This document shows positions 55,069 to 63,303 of a stretch of 64,000 nucleotides of DNA, piece by piece (position 1 is the stretch's first letter; each line of letters opens with the position of its first letter). The notes beneath the pieces are model-generated. The model had not been told where the DNA came from. It saw only the letters and a list, made by a program, of their open reading frames with translations, and did not search any database. The position numbers were made by a program, and so were the translations under genes. This DNA comes from an uncultured Candidatus Saccharibacteria bacterium. Lineage in GTDB: Bacteria > Patescibacteriota > Saccharimonadia > Saccharimonadales > Saccharimonadaceae. The stretch covers positions 68,337 through 132,336 of the forward strand of contig CAYMOS010000004.1 in assembly GCA_964392265.1 (NCBI GenBank), read 5' to 3'.

Positions 55069-55803
55069 CTAATCGGAGTGTAGCATATAGCTCTCGTCTG
55101 AGTTTAGGGCGAGCCGTATGCGTCTTTCTCTATTGATCTTAGGCAATAGTCCATTCAACTTACTCACCACTTTATGCACGTCTTGGTCTAACTTATGTGT
55201 CCCATCTATCTCGCCCCATAGATTGCGCTTGATACTCCCTAGGGTTAGTGATCGAGTGCGGCTCTCTAGAAACTGTACGAGAAGTTTTTTCGTCTGCGTA
55301 GACAAGCCAACTAGCTCCGTGCCGTTTAATAGCACTTCGCCAGTCGGCTTTACTTCGTATTCTCCGTAGGTAGCGCTTTGCGTAGATCTTTCGTGCCTAT
55401 CTATCGCTGCACCTATGCGTGTCTTCTCGTCTCTTAGGATGTCTCTTACTTCTTTTGCTGCCTGTCTTCTTGCGTGGAATCCTGCAATAATATCTGTACC
55501 GTCAATGGGTGCTAGCGCCTCTGAGAGAGCGATGTGAATGTCTCGCATAGCACAGGCGGCTATAGTCTCATCTACGACTGCGCTCCATAATCGGAGGCGT
55601 TCTAGTATGGTTTCATTTGAAGGGCTTGTATCTATGGCATGTTTAAGCCCTGAAGACTCCTCTAGTAGCTGTCCTAGTGTTTGTGCCGTACGATCAAGTG
55701 CTTCGAGGTCTTCTACGTAGGTAGGGATGTTGGGCATAGTATGTTCACTATAGCACGGCACAGGATAATCTTGAGAGGTGCTGTTATAGGTTGAATAGCG
55801 CAA
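55069..55803 (-). CDS. Hypothetical protein with C-terminal OmpR-type winged-helix-like domain
   Basis: C-terminal LLNGTELVGLSTQTKKLLVQFLES...LWGEIDG...VHKVVSKLNGLL resembles a Trans_reg_C domain. The N-terminal about 140 aa are unassigned. The start is uncertain (55803 or ATG 55737), and neither has a clear RBS. Confidence 0.5.
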   Translation of the reverse strand: MRYSTYNSTSQDYPVPCYSEHTMPNIPTYVEDLEALDRTAQTLGQLLEESSGLKHAIDTSPSNETILERLRLWSAVVDETIAACAMRDIHIALSEALAPIDGTDIIAGFHARRQAAKEVRDILRDEKTRIGAAIDRHERSTQSATYGEYEVKPTGEVLLNGTELVGLSTQTKKLLVQFLESRTRSLTLGSIKRNLWGEIDGTHKLDQDVHKVVSKLNGLLPKINRERRIRLALNSDESYMLHSD

Positions 55804-55978
55804 AGACGATGAGGAGTTCGGGCAGAACGATCCATATAGGTATTACGGATATAATGCTCCATCCCGAGCCTATGAGGTTGATGATTGCCCAGATACCAGC
55901 CAAATAAGCTATTACATGTACTATAGCCAATACAGCTCCGACTGTCGCACCTGCTGCTTCTTTGATATTGTTGTTCAT
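55784..55978 (-). CDS. Small hydrophobic 2-TM protein (64 aa)
   Basis: Almost entirely hydrophobic after MNNNIKEAAG. Confidence 0.45.
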   Translation of the reverse strand: MNNNIKEAAGATVGAVLAIVHVIAYLAGIWAIINLIGSGWSIISVIPIWIVLPELLIVFALFNL

Positions 55979-56036
55979 TATCTTATTACTCCCTGTACGC
56001 TACGATTATTCACCGTAAGCCCTTGATACTCGTACT

Positions 56037-57647
56037 TCACTTATTTATTGCCTCAGCTTCAAGTGCCTCTGCATCTCTCATATAATCTTTTAATGCCTCC
56101 CTGAGGTGGGGCGCATATTGCCTGGATGTCTCCTCTATCTTACGGAGTGCCTCCTTCCGCTGCTCAATCTCTGTGTCGTAGGAAAAGCTTAGCGACTCCA
56201 GAAAGATGACTTTACCTCTTTCGTTCAGATGACTTTCGTCTGTCGATAGCAAATCTACTACGGATATATCTTGATCGCTCGTGTAGTTCAGGAATACCTT
56301 GATTACAACGGAGTCGTTTTCCGGATTGTCCGCCTTGAGACACGGCTCTTTTTTGTCCGAATCTTTTGACAGAGCCTCTATTTTGATGCGATTCTCTTCG
56401 TTAGTCTCATTGAAGTTTACTCCAGCGCTGCTCATCCCCCTGCCGTAGAGGGCATCTTTTCTGTTATCTATCGATGCCTTGCAAGTTACTGCTACTGCAC
56501 TTCTCAGGGCTTGCCTTTCTTTTTCGTCTGCGTTTTTGTTGATGGATGTAACAACCCAAAGTGTGGCTATCGATATAATGATGACCAATATGATCACTCC
56601 TACTGTGGACTTACTGCCATATACAGGCTTTTCTGGCCTACGCAAAGAGTTAGCTCCATGAGATAGCACCGCCGTGTCTTGATTGGATATCGTTAGATTG
56701 TGCATACCTTCTTGCCATATGCTCACGATTTGTTTCGCCACAGCTGTCTTACCGCGAGCCATAACTTCATCTGCTATCTGAAATACTGCCTCTTCGGCAT
56801 TATCATATTGTTGCTGAAAGTCATCGAGAGTCATCTCCTCCTCTTTATATAGCCCGACATTTAGCGTGAGCATATGATTCTTGGCGACTATATCTAGATC
56901 TAGAGCGTTATCTACTAAAAGCTTTCTATATCTACTTAGATAATACGTCTGCTTAGTTGTGAGGTGCCCGTCTTGGCTAAGGCTCTCCGTAAAGTTAAGA
57001 ATTGCACGAGATAGCAATCCTGTCGTGAACGCAGCTATTACTCGTGAGTTTTGGTTAGGAGTCAGGTGAAACATAAGGTGTGATGTGTATTTGAGTGATT
57101 TCTTGACGATACGTATTTGCTTGCCGACTAACTCCGCTGGCTCGTCATCGTACAAGACAGCGGACTGCCGTCTGAGCTGGCTGCCTGTCTGCTTTATAGA
57201 TTTTGAGGGCATCGCACACAAGACGAGTGTGATAATACTAAGAGGGGGAACAATAAGCAGAAGTACCCACAAAGCAGAATGCTTAGCATCTTCTAGTCTG
57301 CGCATTGTCATAGCTAAGATTGGCAATAGAGATACCACTAGATATATAGTCACAAGAAAAGTTGTCAAATCAATAAAGTACAAGAATGAAGCAATTACAA
57401 TATGAATAATGTACGCACCCCAGAATCCAGAGCGTGAAGTAGTGCCCTTTGCACTAAAGCCTCTTGCCCACATATCAAGGTATGCTCCTCGCTCCAGCTC
57501 CGTGTCGTGCTGATTGTCTTGACGCTCTGAGTGTTTATTGACATCTTCTATATCTTCAAGCAGCAGGTCTATATCGTCCATAGAATTATTTGCTGGCGAT
57601 GAGTCCCTGAAAGTGTTAAGCATTAAATTGTCATCGTGTTTTCCCAT
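56037..57647 (-). CDS. DUF805-domain membrane protein with long C-terminal extension (about 536 aa)
   Basis: FSAKGTTSRSGFWGAYIIH ... MTMRRLEDAKHSALWVLLLIVPPLS matches the DUF805 pattern (GR.sR..FW ... RRLHD.G.S.WW). A further TM helix (VGVIILVIIISIATLWVV) separates two unassigned domains. Start placed at ATG 57647 after GGGAGAAGAGAG. Confidence 0.6.
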   Translation of the reverse strand: MGKHDDNLMLNTFRDSSPANNSMDDIDLLLEDIEDVNKHSERQDNQHDTELERGAYLDMWARGFSAKGTTSRSGFWGAYIIHIVIASFLYFIDLTTFLVTIYLVVSLLPILAMTMRRLEDAKHSALWVLLLIVPPLSIITLVLCAMPSKSIKQTGSQLRRQSAVLYDDEPAELVGKQIRIVKKSLKYTSHLMFHLTPNQNSRVIAAFTTGLLSRAILNFTESLSQDGHLTTKQTYYLSRYRKLLVDNALDLDIVAKNHMLTLNVGLYKEEEMTLDDFQQQYDNAEEAVFQIADEVMARGKTAVAKQIVSIWQEGMHNLTISNQDTAVLSHGANSLRRPEKPVYGSKSTVGVIILVIIISIATLWVVTSINKNADEKERQALRSAVAVTCKASIDNRKDALYGRGMSSAGVNFNETNEENRIKIEALSKDSDKKEPCLKADNPENDSVVIKVFLNYTSDQDISVVDLLSTDESHLNERGKVIFLESLSFSYDTEIEQRKEALRKIEETSRQYAPHLREALKDYMRDAEALEAEAINK

Positions 57648-58264
57648 CTCTCTTCTCCCTCTCGTCATGGCGATAATGGTAATTGAATACGATACGATGT
57701 CAACAAAAAAGGACACCGCGAGGTGTCTTATGCCATATCACAGCTAGATTTTACTCAGGACTGCTTACGCGGTGTCCTTTAATGAAGTAAAATCCGCCAC
57801 TAGGTGGTGATTCGCTTTGATATGGTATAAGACTTTTTCATCATACCTCCTACTAAGTAGGCGTGGCAACTGGTGCTGTAGATTCACCGCTTGAGACAGG
57901 CACTATCATTATGTTCTATGTGGTACATATCTTACTCTTACCTCCTGTTATGAAGTGGCAAGGTGGTCAGGATGCTGCTGCGTTAGTGTAGTAGGTATGC
58001 AGCTACATGGTGAGAGGTACTATCTATCTATTCATGGAAATCAACGCACTATCATGCGTGTACTGCGTAGGTATCATGGGGGGACTCCCCACCTATCTAG
58101 CTAATCAATCTACCAGTGTTATTGCGCCCGTTTTATGCCCCTGAGAGGCTCTGAGAGGGAGTTGTATGGCGTCCAAATGCGTGAGATGGGTTCATACTCA
58201 TCTTTTGCGCTAGTCTTACATCCTAACAGGGGTGAAGAATCGCTAGGAGAGCTGCTGCTGTAGC

Positions 58265-58293
58265 TTGGGTATAGGAGTGTATCGTGGTATAAT
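58265..58293 (+). promoter_or_regulatory. Outward-facing promoter near the right end of the Arg island (TTGGGT, 17 nt, TGgTATAAT)
   Basis: The same GTGGTATAAT extended -10 decamer as the tRNA-Lys promoter. No ORF with an RBS follows before the island end. Confidence 0.5.
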
Positions 58294-58485
58294 ATACGTA
58301 GTGCAAGTGAGGGTATGTAGTGATAAGCACTCGACCTGTCATGGTAGCCCTGATGAGTTAGTAGAGAGTGTAGTTCTATCCCCTACGGGGATGTATATCT
58401 ACAACTACTTACAGAGGTAGTCTAGTGATGAGGTCTTTAACCCTATACATATCTGCTATGAGGTCGTGCCAATGCAGTTCTACGA

Positions 58486-58495
58486 GGTGTACCAA
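58486..58495. repeat. Direct repeat GGTGTACCAA (displaced tRNA-Arg 3' end; right junction)
   Basis: Identical to 53250-53259. The preceding about 25 nt (GGTCGTGCCAATGCAGTTCTACGA) loosely resemble the tRNA T-arm region. Confidence 0.65.
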
Positions 58496-58501
58496 GAAAA
58501 T

Positions 58502-58527
58502 AGAGTCAGCTTGTCTGGCTCTTTTTT
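58502..58527 (+). terminator. Displaced native terminator of tRNA-Arg
   Basis: AGAGTCAG cttgt CTGGCTCT (one G-U) followed by TTTTTT. Confidence 0.6.
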
Positions 58528-58560
58528 CTTGCGTATGGGTGCCGGTGCTATACTAGAGAC

Positions 58561-59589
58561 ATGACGGAGATTCACACCAACATCCCTCTCAAAAACTTCA
58601 CGACGATGAAATTAGGTGGCAACGCACGTTTTATTGCGGACATACGCACCCCTGAGGATGTGCCCGTCCTGTATAAGAACGCTATCTCCCAATCACTACC
58701 TGTTGCGATCCTAGGCGGCGGCAGCAACACGATCGTCAGGGACGAAGGATACAACGGCATTGTCCTACGCATGCGCATTCCTGGCATCACCGTCGTCGCC
58801 GATGATCTTTACTCAACAACGCTACAAATTGGCGCAGGTGAGACCTGGGACGATGTCGTCAAATATGCCGTTGATAACCGCCTGGGCGGTATCGAGGCTA
58901 TGTCGGCTATTCCGGGTACTGCCGGGGCTGCGCCAGTACAAAATGTCGGCGCCTATGGCCAAGAAATCGCCGACACGTTGATCAGCTTGGAGGCCTATGA
59001 CACTACCGAAGATACTTTTGTGACACTGGACAACGACGCTTGTCATTTCTCTTACCGCAACAGTATTTTCCGCGACGAAGAGAGAGGCCGCTACATCATC
59101 ACCTCTATCACGCTAAAACTATCAAAAAACTTGCCAACTCCACCATTTTACGAAGGACTCCAGCGATACCTGGACGAGCACCACTTCACCACTTATACGC
59201 ACCAGATTATCCGTGATGCCGTCACTGCAATTCGCAAAGATAAACTCCCCGACCCTGTCGAGCGACCAAACACTGGATCGTTCTTTAAAAACGCCATCAT
59301 CGAATCCTGGCAATTACCAGACATCCAGACAATCGAACCTGATGTGCCCTTCTATGACATGGGAGACGGCCGCTACAAGATACCTACCGGCTGGCTGATC
59401 GAGAAATCCGGCCTCAAAGGATCGTTGCTTCATGGAATGCGCGTACATGACAAAAACGCCCTGGTATTAATTAACGAATCCGCCACCAGCTATGGCGACC
59501 TTGCGGAGGCGCGCGACGAGATCACGACGGCCGTTCGTGACAAATTCAGGATCGAGATCGTCCAAGAACCACTCGAGCTCTACTCATAG
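58561..59589 (+). CDS. murB: UDP-N-acetylenolpyruvoylglucosamine reductase
   Basis: FTTMKLGGNARF, ILGGGSN, GIPGTAGAAPVQNVGAYG and SGSFFKN motifs. Confidence 0.9.
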   Translation: MTEIHTNIPLKNFTTMKLGGNARFIADIRTPEDVPVLYKNAISQSLPVAILGGGSNTIVRDEGYNGIVLRMRIPGITVVADDLYSTTLQIGAGETWDDVVKYAVDNRLGGIEAMSAIPGTAGAAPVQNVGAYGQEIADTLISLEAYDTTEDTFVTLDNDACHFSYRNSIFRDEERGRYIITSITLKLSKNLPTPPFYEGLQRYLDEHHFTTYTHQIIRDAVTAIRKDKLPDPVERPNTGSFFKNAIIESWQLPDIQTIEPDVPFYDMGDGRYKIPTGWLIEKSGLKGSLLHGMRVHDKNALVLINESATSYGDLAEARDEITTAVRDKFRIEIVQEPLELYS

Positions 59590-59631
59590 CTACCTTGCAT
59601 ATTACCACCAAAAACCTTATGCTATAAACAC

Positions 59632-60204
59632 ATGAAATCACATGGTTTTACGGTTGTAGAATTACTCGTCGTCATGATTATCATGGCAATTCTATTAACA
59701 CTGGCGATTATCACCGTCCGCTCCACACAAAGCAATGCACGCGACACCGAACGTCGGACCGATACTGACAACATTTCTGTCGTCTTAGAGTCATTTTATA
59801 ACACATCGCATACCAACATGTATCCTTCAGAACACCCCAATACTACAGTTACTAAAGCTTATCCCGGCACATACGACGTCTGGCCTAGCTCACCACAGCC
59901 TGAATACACCAAGAACTACATCACCACACGGATCAGTAACGGATCACTCCACGCACCGGGAGTCGATGTTGATAGCCCATGGAGTTTCGTCGCTGCCACT
60001 AACAATAGTGAAACGACGAGCGGCGTCGAACCTCAACCCACTACTTCACAATATGTCTATCAACCGATCACTCAATCTGGCGCTCTCTGTCGAGGTGTTT
60101 TTTATGTTGAACGCTGTGTCAGATTTTCGATTTATTACGCTCTCGAGAACGCTTCTGCTGAATGCCCTGGCGGTATTTGTGTCATCCGGAGCAAGCATCA
60201 ATGA
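59632..60204 (+). CDS. Type IV pilin-like protein (prepilin N-terminal methylation motif)
   Basis: MKSHGFTVVELLVVMIIMAILL. Confidence 0.75.
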   Translation: MKSHGFTVVELLVVMIIMAILLTLAIITVRSTQSNARDTERRTDTDNISVVLESFYNTSHTNMYPSEHPNTTVTKAYPGTYDVWPSSPQPEYTKNYITTRISNGSLHAPGVDVDSPWSFVAATNNSETTSGVEPQPTTSQYVYQPITQSGALCRGVFYVERCVRFSIYYALENASAECPGGICVIRSKHQ

Positions 60205-60584
60205 GTCGTTATGCCACCCAAGCGGGATTCTCAGCAGTCGAACTCCTCATTACATTATTCGTTGCAGCTGTTTTTCTCGCCGCCAGTCACCAGATGTATA
60301 ACGCCATCATTCAAGATAGTGGCGAAGTACGACAACGCACCCGTGCAAGTAATATTGCCTACGAATATCTCCACAAAAAGATTGCCGATGCACCTGCCCT
60401 TTGTACCGCCTCAACACCTGTCAACAATGTCCCGGTCACTGCAGATGGCCTAACAAACGTAGTTGTGACAGTGACCTATTCTTGCCCACAAGCGGGACTT
60501 TCTAATCTAGTAAAAGTCCAGTCCACCGTACGTTATGGAGTGGATTCGCAGGAGGTCGTCCATGCGATGTATGCTTCCCGATAA
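60201..60584 (+). CDS. Type IV (minor) pilin-like protein
   Basis: Start at ATG 60201 (ATGA overlap). QAGFSAVELLITLFVAAVFL. Confidence 0.7.
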   Translation: MSRYATQAGFSAVELLITLFVAAVFLAASHQMYNAIIQDSGEVRQRTRASNIAYEYLHKKIADAPALCTASTPVNNVPVTADGLTNVVVTVTYSCPQAGLSNLVKVQSTVRYGVDSQEVVHAMYASR

Positions 60585-61422
60585 GCGAACAACCCGCCAT
60601 ACATCAGGCTTTACGCTGATCGAAATGTTAATCGTCGCCCCAATCGTTTTGTTAACTATCGCCGTGTTTATTGGCGCACTCATTTATCTTACCGGTGAAA
60701 CCTTAATTGCTCGAACTACCAACTCGCTGGCCTACGATACGCAGGAGGCGCTCAATACGATCGAGTACGACGTCACCACCAGTGGCGCCTTTTTGGCAAC
60801 AAATAACGTCGCCATTTCTTCCCCACAAGGTTATGACAACGCAACAGCAGCATTTACAAATGCATCGTCTACGAATGGCACTATGCTTATTATTAACAGC
60901 TTTGCCACCTCGGACGAGCCTTACTGGAATCAACGACATCTTATCACTCTCAAGGACGAGCCTTACGCTTGTAATCATCCGTCTGTCAATAAAAATCAGC
61001 TTATGACGTATAATATTATCTACTTTGTGAAAGATAATGCTCTCTGGCGACGCATGTTGCTCCCTAGTAATTACCAAACGGATGGCTGCGATAGTACAAC
61101 TCCTTGGCAGAAACCGACTTGCGCACCAGGAGTAACGGGCGGTTTGTGTCAGGCACGCGATACCAAATTACTCGATAATGTTGACGCCGCTGGCTTTAAT
61201 GTAGAATACTTTGTTTCTTCCGATGACCCTACCCCTATTACTGCCGCCAGTCTTGCCACCGATACAAATGCGCAACGCCAAGCAGCTCTAAGTACGACCA
61301 ATACTGTCCTCGTCACCCTCACTGCCACGCGGACTGTCGCCGGAAAAACAGCAGACTATACAGGCGCCTTGCGCATCAGTCGTATTGGTGCCCTGACCGA
61401 ATACAGTACACCAGTGCCATAA
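60562..61422 (+). CDS. Type IV (minor) pilin-like protein
   Basis: AGGAGG lies 8 nt before the ATG at 60562. SGFTLIEMLIVAPIVLL. Confidence 0.7.
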   Translation: MRCMLPDKRTTRHTSGFTLIEMLIVAPIVLLTIAVFIGALIYLTGETLIARTTNSLAYDTQEALNTIEYDVTTSGAFLATNNVAISSPQGYDNATAAFTNASSTNGTMLIINSFATSDEPYWNQRHLITLKDEPYACNHPSVNKNQLMTYNIIYFVKDNALWRRMLLPSNYQTDGCDSTTPWQKPTCAPGVTGGLCQARDTKLLDNVDAAGFNVEYFVSSDDPTPITAASLATDTNAQRQAALSTTNTVLVTLTATRTVAGKTADYTGALRISRIGALTEYSTPVP

Positions 61423-61503
61423 AATCCTTGCCAAACATAACCTTGTTACGATATACTGCATATATACTAAAGTAATTTCATAAATTAGGGGGCATTCATA
61501 ATT

Positions 61504-61974
61504 ATGAATCTTCGAACAAAAAGTCAAAAAGGTTTCACGATTGTCGAGCTATTGATCGTTATCGTTGTTATCGCTATTCTTGCGGCTATCAGTATCGTCG
61601 CTTATACCGGCATTCAAAACAATGCTCGCTCATCGGCTGCGCAGTCAGCCGCCGCATCAGTACGTGATGCAGCAGAGGGTTATAACGCTTCAAACAGTGG
61701 CTACCCAACAACTAAGGCACTATTTGTTAGTGGCGGAACTCAAGCACTAGCAAAGCTCCCAAGCGATATCACATTCTTGACAACAACTTCTGCTGATGCC
61801 GCAACCAATGTTCAGGCCCAGACAGATCCAAAGACCGTCGCAGTTGTACCTCATGGCTCACCAATTGCCGGCTTTACGATTTACTACAAGGATTTTAGTG
61901 GGTCAGCTGCAAAAAGTGTTACTGTAGGCAATACCGGTGGTGCTGCCGCAACAAATGCAATACCAAACTCATAA
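61504..61974 (+). CDS. Type IV pilin (likely major subunit)
   Basis: KGFTIVELLIVIVVIAILAAISIVAYTGIQNNARSSAAQS, the classical class III signal and N-terminal helix. Confidence 0.8.
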   Translation: MNLRTKSQKGFTIVELLIVIVVIAILAAISIVAYTGIQNNARSSAAQSAAASVRDAAEGYNASNSGYPTTKALFVSGGTQALAKLPSDITFLTTTSADAATNVQAQTDPKTVAVVPHGSPIAGFTIYYKDFSGSAAKSVTVGNTGGAAATNAIPNS

Positions 61975-61995
61975 GATTGCTCTATAAAACTATTT

Positions 61996-62022
61996 AAAAG
62001 CTCGGAATTGTTCCGAGCTTTT
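61996..62022. terminator. Bidirectional terminator between the pilin gene and glyA
   Basis: AAAAGCTCGGAA ttg TTCCGAGCTTTT. Confidence 0.75.
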
Positions 62023-62039
62023 AAATATACGTGTGGCTT

Positions 62040-63236
62040 TTATCCGCGTATGGCCGCTAAAATACGCTGGGCAATCGCTGCCATATCAGCCTCTTTAGCG
62101 CCACGTGTCGTGATTGCTGGGGTACCCATACGAAGACCGCTAGGACGATAGGGTGGCAGCGTATCATTAGGAATACTATTGGCATTTGCCGTCATACCTG
62201 CTGCTTCTAATCGCTCCTGCGCCTCCTTGCCATCAATACCAAAGCTCCCGTAGACATCGGCTAAAATAAGGTGATTGCTCGTACCTCCAGAAATGAGTTT
62301 CAAACCACCCTTCTGTAATTCGTCTGCCAGTGCAGCCGCGTTCTTCACAATCTGGGCGGCATACTCCTTAAACTCTGGCTGCAGGGCCTCGTAAAACGAC
62401 ACGGCCTTGGCGGCAATCACGTGCATATGCGGACCACCCTGTGTCCCCGGAAAGACCGCCCGGTCAATCAAAGTTGGAATGTTCTCAAGCGTCTTCTCTG
62501 GTGCCTTCAGTGGATTGCCCACTTTACCTTTACTGAGAATGAGTCCGCCGCGAGGACCACGCAACGTCTTGTGGGTCGTACTGGTGATAACGTGAAATCC
62601 ATAATCAAATGGATTTTTCGCCACACCACCTGCGATCAGTCCGGCGATATGTGCCATGTCAGCCATCAAGAGAGCACCAACTTCATTACCAATCTCGGCA
62701 AACTTGGCATAATCCAGCTCGCGCGGATAAGCGCTAAAACCAGCGATGATGATCTTTGGCTTATGCTCAAGGGCCAATCGGCGTAATTCATCATAGTCAA
62801 GCTCACCCGTTTCGACATCCTTGATACCGTAGCGAATAAAGTTATAAATATTGGCACTACGTGTCACGGGGGCACCATGCGTCAAATGACCACCATGTGC
62901 CAGGTCCATCGCCAGTACTGTATCGCCCGGCTGTAGCCACGCGTAATACACCGCTTCATTTGCCTGTGCACCACTATGCGGCTGAACGTTGGCATGATCG
63001 GCCCCAAACAATTGTTTTGCGCGGTCGATCGCCAATTGCTCTACCTGATCGGTGTTGACCTGCCCGCCATAATAACGACGTTTTGGGTAGCCTTCAGAAT
63101 ATTTGTTCGTGAAAACACTTCCGAGTGCTGTCAACACATCATCACTGACATAATTTTCACTAGGAATCAGTTCGATAACATCCTTTTGGCGCTGTTTTTC
63201 AGCCTCTATAAGGTCGGCAATTTGCGTATCTTTCAT
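62040..63236 (-). CDS. glyA: Serine hydroxymethyltransferase
   Basis: [17 protein letters not shown] and the [15 protein letters not shown]-lysine block. Confidence 0.92.
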   Translation of the reverse strand: MKDTQIADLIEAEKQRQKDVIELIPSENYVSDDVLTALGSVFTNKYSEGYPKRRYYGGQVNTDQVEQLAIDRAKQLFGADHANVQPHSGAQANEAVYYAWLQPGDTVLAMDLAHGGHLTHGAPVTRSANIYNFIRYGIKDVETGELDYDELRRLALEHKPKIIIAGFSAYPRELDYAKFAEIGNEVGALLMADMAHIAGLIAGGVAKNPFDYGFHVITSTTHKTLRGPRGGLILSKGKVGNPLKAPEKTLENIPTLIDRAVFPGTQGGPHMHVIAAKAVSFYEALQPEFKEYAAQIVKNAAALADELQKGGLKLISGGTSNHLILADVYGSFGIDGKEAQERLEAAGMTANANSIPNDTLPPYRPSGLRMGTPAITTRGAKEADMAAIAQRILAAIRG

Positions 63237-63303
63237 ATTTTTCTCCCCTTTTCCCTTATTATATCACTTTTTATCATATACCATATGTGATATAATACTG
63301 AGT

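Larger units (their letters stand above)
53250..58495. mobile_element. Integrative island (about 5.2 kb) in the 3' end of tRNA-Arg
   Basis: GGTGTACCAA at 53250-53259 (tRNA 3' end) recurs at 58486-58495, where a hairpin + T run (58502-58527) follows. The recombinase lies at the tRNA-proximal end. Confidence 0.7.

Noticed and set aside
57700-57860. A possible leader-peptide attenuator upstream of the DUF805 gene. It has a 14-codon mini-ORF after GGAGGT, and GGACACCGCG (57711-57720) pairs with CGCGGTGTCC (57768-57777).
   Set aside because: Both alternative pairings end in the same 3' arm plus U run, so there is no terminator/antiterminator choice. The RBS-to-ATG spacing of the mini-ORF is also too short. 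A plain terminator or hairpin is more likely.
58350-58357. A CTGATGAG motif, suggesting a hammerhead ribozyme core.
   Set aside because: I could not find a matching GAAA box, a GUH cleavage site or the three flanking helices around it.
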